Shown piece after piece: positions 54,860-64,000 of a stretch of DNA of 64,000 nucleotides. Every line of letters starts with the position of its first letter. Within the stretch, counting starts at the first letter, position 1. The stretch lies in the NCBI GenBank assembly GCA_016711215.1, contig JADJTL010000001.1:1910-65909 (forward strand), given 5' to 3'. The position numbers and the translations under genes are program-made. Under the pieces are notes generated by a model. That model made no database searches and was not told the DNA's origin. It saw only the letters and a list, made by a program, of their open reading frames with translations. Source of the stretch: Pseudomonadota bacterium. GTDB lineage: Bacteria > Myxococcota_A > Polyangia > GCA-2747355.

Positions 54860-55732
54860 TCAGAACATGCTCTGTGCGGTTGCCACGAATGCGGCGGCGC
54901 GCTCTGCGGGCGTCCTGCCCGTGCTCACGATCGCCTGCCGCAGCGCAGGCGTCATGCTGATCGCCTGCCGCAGTCTTCCGTTGGACTCAGTGGCGGTCGC
55001 AGCTCTGACCACCTCCGGCGGGAAGCTCGCACTTGCTGCGTCGAACACGCGCCGCGCCGCCCACGGCGCCCAGCTCCCCGGACCGGATTGGGGTAGGGAT
55101 GGATCGGGCGTTGGATTGTCAACGAGGTCCCGGATCGCGCGGAGGACCGCGGGGCTGTACTCGGCCACCTCCGCGATGGTGCTTTGCAGCCAATTGGACG
55201 AGAAGTTCCGCCACGCTGCGTGGTGCTGCATCGGCTGCGTGGCTGCCTCGCCCAGCAGCTCACCGGCTTGCCGGATCGCCTCGACCCAGCCCCCTGCCGT
55301 GTTGCACCGCTCGTGCCTAGGGGATAGCTCCGTGAGCATATGGTCGATCGGCATCCGCGATTCCGGGGCTGGGTAGACGAGGCGCGTGACCATAGCCATC
55401 TCGGGGATCCCGATACTCCTCTCGACCCCGCCGATCGTCTCAGTCGCCCTTTGGTTCTGCTGGACGAATCTGCGCATGGCGTCGGCCGTGAGGCGGCGCG
55501 GCTTCCCGCGATGATTGCGATAATTGGAATTCGGCGAGCCCGCCTTTAGCTCGCGAAACACCAAGGGCTTGAGGCGCTGCGCTGCAGGTTCCACCGCCGA
55601 GGCGTGGCCCGCGGGGACGAGCATTAGCGCGCCGAGGGCGCCGATGATGAGGCGCCGAGCGGACGGCTGGGCCGCGCGGGTCGTGGACCTGGCGGAGGCG
55701 GGGGGGCTGGGTGCGAGGACTCGATGGCGCAT
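54860..55732 (-). CDS. hypothetical secreted protein in a lower-GC segment
   Basis: Start MRHRVLAPS...LIIGALGALMLVPAGHASA (signal peptide). Local GC is ~62-64% against a ~72% background. Direct repeat GGGTTCTCCCC x2 just upstream (55781-55803). Confidence 0.5.
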   Translation of the reverse strand: MRHRVLAPSPPASARSTTRAAQPSARRLIIGALGALMLVPAGHASAVEPAAQRLKPLVFRELKAGSPNSNYRNHRGKPRRLTADAMRRFVQQNQRATETIGGVERSIGIPEMAMVTRLVYPAPESRMPIDHMLTELSPRHERCNTAGGWVEAIRQAGELLGEAATQPMQHHAAWRNFSSNWLQSTIAEVAEYSPAVLRAIRDLVDNPTPDPSLPQSGPGSWAPWAARRVFDAASASFPPEVVRAATATESNGRLRQAISMTPALRQAIVSTGRTPAERAAAFVATAQSMF

Positions 55733-56045
55733 CTCGAAGGCTCCTTCTCGGCCGGGTGGATTCCCGGACGCGTGCAAGGGGTTCTCCCCGGGTTCTCCCC
55801 GCATCGGGGCGCGGGCCTGAGTATTGCTCGGGCCGCCCGAGGGGGCGGAGGCCGCGATACCGACGGTCGACCCCTCGCGCCGGGCGCTCTCACGCAAGCA
55901 ATAGCCGGGCCAGCCAAGCGCCCCGCAGGGTATCGCGACCTTCGGCCAGCCGCCGGCCGCCGGAAGCCGGTCGGGTCTCCGTTTTTCGGCAGCCAGCCTC
56001 CTCCAACCGGTCGCCTCCAACGGAACGCCAGCGGCACGCCTGCGC

Positions 56046-56570
56046 TCAGAGCGGATCGCCTTGGAGGAAGACGAAGACCCGCGCGCGGACGCTCCGCTGG
56101 CTCTGCGTCGAGCTCGAGAGCGTCAGCTCGTTGCGCCCCGAGCGCAGCGTGGGAAGCGTGCCCTTTCGCGGGACGTTGTAGATTAGATCGCCCTTGAGGC
56201 CGTAAACGGGGCATGCGGAGGCCGACTCGAGCTCGAGGTAGGTGCTCGAGCCTATCTCCGTCAGAAAGGTCAAGGGCTCGCCGTTTACCGTGATCGACGG
56301 GTCAGTGATCTTCCCGGCTACCATCGCCAGCGCGCGGATCGGGCTCAGATACACGCGCACGGTCTTGCTCGGCGGTAGGTTGTTGAGCCAGAGGCTGAGC
56401 GTGGCGATCTGGTCGACGTGCACCGCCTCGCGGAAGACGTTGTAGGAGGCCCACCCCTCGGGCCATTGATAGTCGCTGTGGGCTGCCGATGCGGTCTCGA
56501 TCAGCTCGACGTAGCGCCAGGCGACAAAGTCGCCGACCGCCTCGCCGAGGCGGGCCTCGGGACTCGGTCG
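56046..56570 (-). pseudogene. 5'-truncated ORF fragment of unknown function abutting the IS remnant
   Basis: Minus-strand frame stays open from the stop at 56046 up to the IS-homology boundary, with no start codon before it. GC ~60%. Confidence 0.4.
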
Positions 56571-56809
56571 GCACCGTCGGCGACTCCTACGACAACGCCC
56601 TCGCCGAGTCGGTCATCGGCCCGTACAAGACCGAGCTCCTCCGCAAGCACAGCCCTTGGCGTCACGCCGAGGCCGTCGAGCTTGCCACCCTCGCCTGGTT
56701 CCACTGGTTCAACAACCGGCGCCTGCTCGAGCCTCTTGGCTGGGTGCCGCCGGCAGAGTACGAGCAAGCGTTCTACGAGGCTCAGGCTGCCCAAGGCAGG
56801 GCAGCCTGA
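56566..56809 (+). mobile_element. IS3-family transposase (OrfB/integrase core) C-terminal remnant
   Basis: GDSYDNALAESVIGPYKTELL...LATLAWFHWFNNRRLLEPLGWVPPAEYE matches the conserved YDNA..AESFF..LK.E...F.WI.WYN..R.H..LGY.SP.E.E end of IS3 transposases. No N-terminal part or start codon is present. Confidence 0.7.
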
Positions 56810-57048
56810 CTCAAGCAACCAAGTCTCCGGCGAACCCGGGGCGGTTCAGGGGCTGCAGCACACGGTCAACCTCCCGTGTGCTGCTGTGCGCCTCGTGGAC
56901 AGCAAGGCACGCCTGGCGAGGGGCAGCTCGGGCCAAGCCTGACCGTCCTACCTCCACCTCATTCAGGCCGCGCGCGGGGGGCGATCCGTGCTACCCAGGT
57001 AGCGCCGGTGCGGGCGGGTCGGCGGGCGAGCGCCTTGACGGGGGCTCT

Positions 57049-57119
57049 GGCCGATGACGCCGATGACGCCGATGACGCCGATGACGCCGATGACGCCGAT
57101 GACGCCGATGACGCCGATG
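57049..57119. repeat. perfect 9-bp tandem repeat (ATGACGCCG) x7, in frame at the start of the following ORF
   Basis: Direct reading. Each unit carries an ATG, encoding MTP repeats. Confidence 0.9.
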
Positions 57120-57851
57120 ACTCTGGCGGCCCTGACGATCGCCGAGCGCTTCTGTGGTCCGCCGGGAAGCGCCAACGGCGGGTACGTCTGCGGGCTGCTC
57201 GCAGAAGCGCTCGCCGGGCCGCAGGCCGGCCCGGTGCAGGTGCGGCTGCGGCGGCCGACGCCGCTGGCCGTCGAGCTGCGGGTCGAGCGGGACGAGCAGG
57301 GCGCCCGGTTGCTGCTTGGGACGGAGCTGCTGGTCGAGGCGCGCGCCGCAGACGAGGCCGCGCTGGCGGCCGTGGCGCCAGCCGACCTCCCCGACGGCGC
57401 GGCCCTGGTCGTCGCGGCTCGGCGCGCCAGCGGCCGTTTCAGCGGGCTGGACGCGCATCCCTATCCGAGCTGTTTCGTCTGTGGACCGCGGCGCCGGGTC
57501 GGCGACGGCCTGCGCATCTTCGCCGGACCAGGTCCGACGGGCGCTTGGGTGGCCGCGCCCTTCACCCCCGGAGCCGAGCTCGCTCTCGCCGACGGGGCTC
57601 TGCCGGTCCCGCTCCTCTGGGCGGCGCTCGACTGCCCCGGCTACTTCGCCGTCGCCGGCGCGGGAGAGGCGGCGCTGCTGGCCACGATGACGGCGGAGGT
57701 GCGCGCTGGCGCGGTGCGCGCGCTGGACGAGTGCGTCGTGGTGGGCTGGGCGCTCGGTGTGGAGGGGCGCAAGCGCCACGCGGCGACGGTGCTCTACGGC
57801 GCGGACGGCGCCCTCTGCGGTCGCTCGCGCCAGCTCTGGATCACCGTTTAG
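57054..57851 (+). CDS. hypothetical protein, possibly hotdog-fold thioesterase-like, with (MTP)7 N-terminal repeat
   Basis: ORF from the first ATG of the repeat array. Hotdog-like segments (ANGGYVCGLLAEAL; SCFVCGP). The family call is weak and the true start may be any of the 8 ATGs. Confidence 0.45.
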   Translation: MTPMTPMTPMTPMTPMTPMTPMTLAALTIAERFCGPPGSANGGYVCGLLAEALAGPQAGPVQVRLRRPTPLAVELRVERDEQGARLLLGTELLVEARAADEAALAAVAPADLPDGAALVVAARRASGRFSGLDAHPYPSCFVCGPRRRVGDGLRIFAGPGPTGAWVAAPFTPGAELALADGALPVPLLWAALDCPGYFAVAGAGEAALLATMTAEVRAGAVRALDECVVVGWALGVEGRKRHAATVLYGADGALCGRSRQLWITV

Positions 57852-57879
57852 CGCGCGCACGAGCGCGTGCCGTCAGCGC

Positions 57880-59076
57880 TCAGATGTCGTCGCCTCCGCC
57901 GACCTGCGGGCGGGCGCGCGGGCCGCGGCTCTGGCGCTGCGCGGGTGCGCTGGCCGCTGGCGCGGGCGCCGGCGCGGGGGGGGCTGCGCGCGGTGCTGCT
58001 GCTGCTGGTGGCGGTGCTGGTGCTGCTGCCGGTGCTGCTGCCGGTGCCGCCCGGGCGGGTTCTGTCGTGCCGGCGCTCGCGCCAACTTCGCCACCGGCTT
58101 CGGCGCCGCCCGCCGCACCCTCATCGGCAGCCTCGTCCTCGGCGGCCTGCAGGGCCGGATCGCTGACGGTCTGCTTGAGCTCCGGCCAGACCTCTTGCAG
58201 CAGGCCCTCGGAGACGTAGTAGAGCCCCTGGCGCTCGCCCGGCGTCGCAAAGAGCGTGACGTCGACGTTCTTGTTCAGCGCCCCATGCAGCGCACGGCAG
58301 TAGGCCTGCCACATGACGATGCTCTGACGCTTGCGGCCCCGGCCCGTGACCAAGGTCTGCTCCGGGCGTCCGAGCGCTTGCTCCATCCGGGCCTCGGGGC
58401 CAGGTGGCGCGAACGCGGCCTCGCCGAGGTGAAAGCCGACCCAATCGAGCTGATCCTGGTTGACGGCGTAGACCACCTTCGAAACCGCCGCCTGCTCGGC
58501 AGCCGTGGCCGCGTGGTACTCGAGGCTCTGGTCGCGCGCCCGAATCATCCGCGGCTTCGGCTCCGCGGGCAGCGCGCGAATGCTGTCGAGGGTCGCGTCG
58601 AGTCGTCGGCAGGTGGCGTCGTCGAGCGGTCGCAGCTTGACCACCCCCTCACCCTCGAGCCGGGTCAGGGTCGCGCTGGAATCGGTCGTCGCACCTTGCA
58701 GCCGGTGAAAGCTGCCGGCCAGCGCGCCCCGCGCCTTGAAGCGCTCCCCGCCGGTGCGGATCAGGCGCGCGACCTGTGCTACCGCTTCGGGACCCCTGAG
58801 GACCGCCAACCGCTCGTCATCGAGGAGCTTCCATTTGCCGGAGAGCAAGGGATCGGTCGCGCCAGTGCAGCTGACGTTGAGATAGGCGCGGAAGGTGTGG
58901 TCGGGCAGAAACTCGTGGCAGTGGACCGGCTTGCCGTCGTCGTCGACGAAGGCCCAGCGCCCGATCATCCACTCGGGCTTGCGGCAGCCGATAGCCGCCA
59001 GCAGCAGCGTGGCGACCAGCGCCCATCCGCATGCTCGAGCGCCTCGCGGCGCGCAACCCGTGCTTTGCTGCGTCAT
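57880..59076 (-). CDS. hypothetical lipoprotein with Ala/Pro-rich C-terminal tail
   Basis: Start MTQQSTGCAPRGARACGWALVATLLLAAIGC (signal plus lipobox). C-terminus is a ~70-aa A/P/G low-complexity region. Confidence 0.5.
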   Translation of the reverse strand: MTQQSTGCAPRGARACGWALVATLLLAAIGCRKPEWMIGRWAFVDDDGKPVHCHEFLPDHTFRAYLNVSCTGATDPLLSGKWKLLDDERLAVLRGPEAVAQVARLIRTGGERFKARGALAGSFHRLQGATTDSSATLTRLEGEGVVKLRPLDDATCRRLDATLDSIRALPAEPKPRMIRARDQSLEYHAATAAEQAAVSKVVYAVNQDQLDWVGFHLGEAAFAPPGPEARMEQALGRPEQTLVTGRGRKRQSIVMWQAYCRALHGALNKNVDVTLFATPGERQGLYYVSEGLLQEVWPELKQTVSDPALQAAEDEAADEGAAGGAEAGGEVGASAGTTEPARAAPAAAPAAAPAPPPAAAAPRAAPPAPAPAPAASAPAQRQSRGPRARPQVGGGDDI

Positions 59077-59271
59077 GGCCCCCTCCCGATCCTCGTCAAT
59101 CCCGGCAGCATACGCGAGGGCCCTGGGGCGCGTCGATTCTCTGGAGCTTGCCGTGGCCTCGGCGGTCGTGTCCTCGGCGTTGACAGCGGCGAGTTGAGCA
59201 AATGTAGGATAATTAACTACCAAGACGTACTCATCCTACAATTACCGCCACAACCGAGGTGGAGGTGAGCC

Positions 59272-59619
59272 ATGCTGGATCCCAGAGTCGACCGGCGCCG
59301 GCACGTGACCTACGTGACGCAGCATACCGAGTACCATTGCCGCGGCCGCGAATGCGTCGGCGTGCGCAACCGACGCACGGGCGAGTGGGTTCGCGACCAT
59401 GGGGCGCTGCGTGGGCGGCTGGCCGGAGCGACCGACGGTGGGAGCCCCGCGCTCGACGGCCCGCCCCTCGGCCTGCGCTTGCTCTTCGTCGGCCGCGAAG
59501 GCGTCCTGACCTCAAGGGTCGAGGCGATGCTGCGCCCGCCCAAGGAGGTGCTGGCGCGCTACGCCAGCCGCGCCGCCGCGGGTTCCATTCGCGGACCGAG
59601 CACAGCGGCCGGCGCCTAG
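59272..59619 (+). CDS. small hypothetical protein with His/Cys cluster
   Basis: 115 aa with HTEYHCRGRECVGVRNRRTGEWVRDH, a possible metal-binding ribbon. Preceded by an AT-rich operator-like region. Coding status is uncertain. Confidence 0.35.
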   Translation: MLDPRVDRRRHVTYVTQHTEYHCRGRECVGVRNRRTGEWVRDHGALRGRLAGATDGGSPALDGPPLGLRLLFVGREGVLTSRVEAMLRPPKEVLARYASRAAAGSIRGPSTAAGA

Positions 59620-60067
59620 CGGCCCGCCTTCGCCCCCGGGCGCTTCGGGGCTGAGCCACGAAGACGCGGCTCCGATCTTCTGCGCGAACTACACCGTCCA
59701 TAGTGGCTTGCGCAACGCCGAGCCGCGGCCGGGTGAGCGCGTCGAGGCGGGCAGGCTGCGCGCTAGGGCCGTGCTGCAGCACGCGCCCTAGCGCCCCCGC
59801 AGCGACGGGGTCCTCAGCTCGCGCCCCCATCCCGCGCCCCCATCCCGCGACCGGCGGGAGCCGCCGCGCGCACGCACTGGCGCTGAGACGCGCCGATCGT
59901 CGGCGCATGCCCGTGGCTGGCGGACGTCGACTCAGCCTTGCCGTCCTCCAAGGCCCTGTTCTCAAATGCTGTTTTCAGAATGCACTCGACGAAGAACCTT
60001 TTTGCTTGAGTGAAACATGATTTCCCGCGTACAAATAGTGCACGGCCTATAACGCAGGAGGTGCCTC

Positions 60068-61492
60068 ATGTCAGCGCGTCACTTCGGCTCGGTAGGGAAA
60101 GGGCGTGGCCGGTTCGGGGTGGGGCGGCTGGGGGCATTTGGAGCGCTGGGGGTGCTGGGGGCGTTGGTGGCGTTGGTGGGGCTGGCGGGGCTGGCGGGGT
60201 GCGAGACGCTGGCGGATGACAGCAGCCTGACGCCGCCGCCGGCGGTGCGGTCGCAGGCGGCGAGCAGCAACGCGATGAACGCGATGAACGCGATGAACGC
60301 GATGAACGCGATGAACGCGATGAACGCGATGAACGCGATGAACGCGATGAACGCGATGAACGCGATGAACGCGATGAACGCGATGAACGCGATGAACGCG
60401 ATGAACGCGATGAACGCGATGAACGCGATGAACGCGATGAACGCGATGAACGCGATGAACGCGATGAACGCGATGAACGCGATGAACGTCGGCGACCTGC
60501 GCATCCCCTCGACGACGCTGACGGACCTCTCGAAGTACACCTTCAACCAGGCCGAGGTGCTCTGCCCGGCGACGCGGCTGGGGCCGCTGACGGTGGCGGG
60601 GCAGAGCGCCAACGTGGTGCTGCCGCGCTGGTTGGTGCTCAAGAGCCAGTTCGAGCGCGTGCGCGAGGCCTGCTGCGCGAGCCCGCCCTGCGGCACGAGC
60701 TGCGCGCCGCTGACGGTGGCGATCGACGAGGACCTGGACGCCAACGGCAGCTTCAACCCGGCGGGGGGCGTGGACCAGACGGTGACCTACGAGGTCTTCA
60801 GCGCCATCGCGCTGGCGTGCGCGGACAAGGCCTACCGGCCCTTCCTGCTCCATCCGATCAGCGGCCCCGAGGTGCAGGCGCTGGACGCGGCGGGCAAGAT
60901 CCCGACCTTCACGACCTACTTCCGCTATATGTGCATCCAGAGCTGGGATGAGACGCAGCACAAGGCCGTCTACCGCTGCGGCAAGGGCCGGGTGGCCGAT
61001 GGCATCAGCGGCTACGCGGTGAAGGCGGGCACCAACTCCCCGCGACCGGTCTACCTGTCGAGCCTGACCTGGGGCGGCAACGTCTGGGATAAGCACTTCC
61101 AGTTCCTCAACGCGCACCTGGCCTCGATCGTCGAGAGCAAGCAGGGCACGGTGCCGGTTTCGGGCTACGCGCTCGACTACGCCTGGAACCTCAACCCGCG
61201 CGATGTCCACGCGGGCACCTCGACCAAGAAGGAGGCCGACTACCTGGCCGCCGTGGCGCTGAAGACGGCGACGAGCCGCAGCGGCGTGGCCGTCAGCCCC
61301 TACAACCGCGCCAACCTGACGGGCGGCCAGAGCTTCAGCGCCAATGAGCTGAACCAGGGCGAGACGGGCTACCGGACCTATCCCGACCTGGCCTCGAAGG
61401 GCACCCTCAACGGCATCGCCATCGACCTCAAGGTCTCCCCTGGTACACGCAGAACTGCAAATGGGCCTCGGACTGGGGCCTGCCCGAGCTGA
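60068..61492 (+). CDS. lipoprotein with (Ala-Met-Asn)24 repeat and a Cys-containing central domain; likely N-terminal part of a frameshifted giant RCC1 protein
   Basis: AGGAGG RBS. Signal and lipobox LAGLAGC, then 24 perfect AMN units, then a ~300-aa domain (CCASPPCGTSC...). This frame ends at 61492, but the frame-1 continuation is RCC1-rich. Confidence 0.6.
   Translation: MSARHFGSVGKGRGRFGVGRLGAFGALGVLGALVALVGLAGLAGCETLADDSSLTPPPAVRSQAASSNAMNAMNAMNAMNAMNAMNAMNAMNAMNAMNAMNAMNAMNAMNAMNAMNAMNAMNAMNAMNAMNAMNAMNAMNVGDLRIPSTTLTDLSKYTFNQAEVLCPATRLGPLTVAGQSANVVLPRWLVLKSQFERVREACCASPPCGTSCAPLTVAIDEDLDANGSFNPAGGVDQTVTYEVFSAIALACADKAYRPFLLHPISGPEVQALDAAGKIPTFTTYFRYMCIQSWDETQHKAVYRCGKGRVADGISGYAVKAGTNSPRPVYLSSLTWGGNVWDKHFQFLNAHLASIVESKQGTVPVSGYALDYAWNLNPRDVHAGTSTKKEADYLAAVALKTATSRSGVAVSPYNRANLTGGQSFSANELNQGETGYRTYPDLASKGTLNGIAIDLKVSPGTRRTANGPRTGACPS
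60272..60487. repeat. perfect 9-bp tandem repeat (GCGATGAAC) x24
   Basis: Direct reading: 216 nt with no variant copies. Encodes AMN on the plus strand and FIA on the antisense. Confidence 0.95.
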
Positions 61493-64000
61493 CGCCGCAG
61501 TCGGTCGCCGGCGCCTCGGTCTTCCCGATCGGCAGTGCCAGCAACCAGGCCCTGCTCGGCCTCAACATCGGCGACACCACCCCGCGCCGCTGCCCCAGCT
61601 TCGCCACCTGCGAGCCCGGCCAGAGCTGCTGCATCGGCAAGTTCTCGCTGGGCCATTATCATTCCTGCGCGATCCGCACCGACTCTACCGTCTGGTGCTG
61701 GGGCGCGGATGGCTTCATGATTTTCCTCTCGAAGGCTAACGGCATGCTCGGTCAGGGCGAGGTGGTGCCCACGACCCCGGTCGCTCTGCCGGTCCTCGAG
61801 GGCGCGAACCAGGCGCGCTTCAGCGGGGCGATCGACGTCGCCCTGGGCAGCGAGCACACCTGCGTGCGGCGCAAGGACGGCAGCGTCTGGTGCTGGGGCT
61901 ACAACGTTTCGGGTCAGCTCGGCGATGGCTCGACGATGACGCGGCTGAGCCCGGTGCGCGTCACGGGCCTCGACGGCTCCGCCGTCGAGCAGCTCGTCGC
62001 GGGCTATGGTCATACCTGCGCGCGGCGCACCGACGGCAGCGTCTGGTGTTGGGGCAGCAACAGCTCGGGTGAGCTTGGCCAAGGCGATACGAACAATAGG
62101 ACGGTTGCGACTCGCGTGGGGGCGCTGGGCACCGCCGTTGTAGAGGTGGCGGCCGGATCCAGTCGAACCTGTGCGCGCCTCAGCGACGGTACCCTCTGGT
62201 GCTGGGGCGAGAACCGCTACCGCCAGGTGGGCGATGGGACGAGCACCAATCGGCTGGACCCGACGCAGGTGGTAGCCCTCGGCACGACGGTGCAGGCTGT
62301 CGCGATCGGCAACTACGGCAGCTTCGCGCTGCGCGCGGATGGGAGCCTCTGGGGCTGGGGCGCGACGTACCTTGGCACGCCTGACGGCGCGGGCATCGAC
62401 GGGATTCCCGCGGCGCTGAGCACGCTTGGCACGAACGTCGTGGAGGTCGGCGCTGGGATGATGCATGGCTGCGCGCGGCTGCGAGACAACACGGTTTGGT
62501 GTTGGGGCCTGAACAATCGCGGCCAGGTTGGCGATCGCACGATGAGTACACGCACCGTGCCGGTGCGCGTGACGACGCTCGGAACGGCGGCGGCGGAGCT
62601 CCAGGTGGGGGGTAACCACGCGTGCGCGCGACGGCTGGACGGCCAGCTCTGGTGCTGGGGAATGAACGAACAAGCGCAGCTCGGGGACGGCGTCTACATG
62701 AACGCCAACACGCCGCATGCGGTGCTCGGCCTGCAGTGTGAGTGCGGCGACGGCGTCTGCAGCCGTAGCGAGACCCGTGAGAGCTGCCCCGTCGACTGCC
62801 GCCAGGCAAGCTGCGGGGACGGGCAGTGCACGGGGACAGAGACCCACGCGACCTGCTCGCGTGACTGCCCGGCGCCCCCTCCAACGACGGCGCTCTCGCT
62901 GGGCGCTCAGTTCGGGTGCTCGCACCGCACGGATGGAAGCCTCTGGTGTTGGGGCAACGGGGCGATCGGCGCGGCGCGAAAGGAGCGCCTCAGCCCGGTG
63001 GCCATCACGACCTTGGGTAGCGGGGTGGTCGCGCTGGCGGAGGATGGCGTGGGGACCGGCTGCGCGATTCGCGCCGATCGTAGCTTGTGGTGCTGGGGAA
63101 CCGGCCCGCGGCTCGGCGATGGCTCGTCGGGCACGCGCACGACCCCGGCCCGCGTGACGGCGCTGGGTACCCAGGTCCTGCAGGTGGCGATTAGCGACTA
63201 CCATGCCTGCGCGCGTCGCAGCGATGGCACCATGTGGTGCTGGGGATCCGGCATGTATGGTGCCCTTGGCGACGGCTCGACGACCTCGAGCAGCGCGTCG
63301 CCGCTAGAGGTCACCGCCCTGGGCACGAGCGTGGCGGAAATCGGCGTCGGCATCTTTCAGAGCTGCGCGCGCCGCACGGACGGCAGCCTCTGGTGCTGGG
63401 GAACCTCAATTGGTGGCAATCTCGGTGACGGCACGACCCTCTCGCATGCGGCGCCCGCGAAGGTCACAGGACTGGGTACTGCCGTCATCGGTATCTCCTC
63501 CGGCGGCAGTCCAGCCTGTGCGCGCACGGCGGACGGTAGCCTGTGGTGTTGGGGCCCCAACCGCAACGGGAACGTCGGCGATGGCACGACGACGGAACGG
63601 TTCGTGCCGGTGCGCGTGACGACCCTCGGGACCTCCGTCGCGCAGATCGCCGAGGGCCCAGGGAGCCATAAGTGTGCGCGCCGCACGGATGGCACCCTCT
63701 GGTGCTGGGGCTGGAACGGCTATGGGCAGCTTGGCAATGGTGCGACCGACTTCTTGTGGGGTAACGGCTACCAGCAGCTCCGGCCCGTGCAGGTGACCAA
63801 CCTCGGCACCTCGGTGGTCGATGTCGCGGTGGGGAACACGCACACCTGCGCGCGCCGCAGCGACGGAAGCGTGTGGTGCTGGGGCCTGAACAATGGCAGC
63901 CAGCTCGGAACCGATGCCACGACGGAGCCCGTCTCGTCTATCCCACAGCGCGTGGCGCCCTGCGGCGACGGCATCTGCTCACTGCCCGAGCGGCAGAGCG
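61348..64000 (+). CDS. RCC1-repeat double beta-propeller protein (2 x 7 blades separated by CGDG-type Cys-rich linkers); no own start, continues past window end
   Basis: Frame-1 ORF is open from 61348 to 64000. It has fourteen W(C/G)WG RCC1 blades and two CGDGxC...C linkers at ~62740-62880 and 63961+. There is no ATG/GTG before the first blade. It joins the upstream ORF if one C is added to the C4 tract at 61437-61440. Confidence 0.7.

Overview
This window is high-GC (about 70%+) bacterial chromosomal DNA. Several features point to Myxococcota: a MYXO-CTERM-like tail, CGDG-type Cys-rich linkers, RCC1 propellers and many lipoproteins.

The conserved core is amino-acid and nitrogen metabolism.
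- thrC and a yjbQ-like gene lie upstream of an unusual ~1 kb non-coding gap.
- The argC-argJ-argB-argD operon has overlapping stop/start codons.
- glnB-glnA sits behind a good sigma-54 promoter.
- A divergent amtB has its own sigma-54 promoter.
- A long minus-strand branched-chain cluster runs ilvA (apparently frameshifted), a secreted protein, a Leu/Val-rich leader peptide with an intrinsic terminator (a classic attenuator), then ilvB-ilvN-leuA-leuC-leuD-leuB, a transglutaminase-like ORF and a nitronate-monooxygenase-like gene.
- Further along are a MepA-like endopeptidase, purU, a quinone oxidoreductase and a LarB-like PurE paralogue.
- A cytoplasmic multi-GAF histidine kinase precedes a translationally coupled MoxR-DUF58-(DUF4381-like)-BatA-BatB-BatC(TPR)-BatD-BatE aerotolerance-type operon.

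Between argD and glnB lies a cluster of secreted proteins and lipoproteins: an FG-GAP propeller, two GxSxG hydrolases and a MYXO-CTERM-like protein.

The last ~9 kb (54.7-64 kb) looks accessory.
- It contains lower-GC segments, an IS3-family transposase remnant truncating a neighbouring ORF, and AT-rich promoter islands with inverted repeats.
- It carries two perfect in-frame 9-bp tandem repeats that contain ATG: (ATGACGCCG)x7 at the start of a hotdog-like ORF and (GCGATGAAC)x24 giving (Ala-Met-Asn)24.
- A giant lipoprotein appears to fuse the AMN repeat to two seven-bladed RCC1 propellers, but is interrupted by a 1-nt indel in a C4 tract.

A family of 11-14 bp intergenic tandem repeats sharing a CAGGGCTGA core recurs upstream of glnB and moxR.

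I found no rRNA, tRNA or CRISPR. Many long antisense ORFs in the track are GC-skew artefacts.
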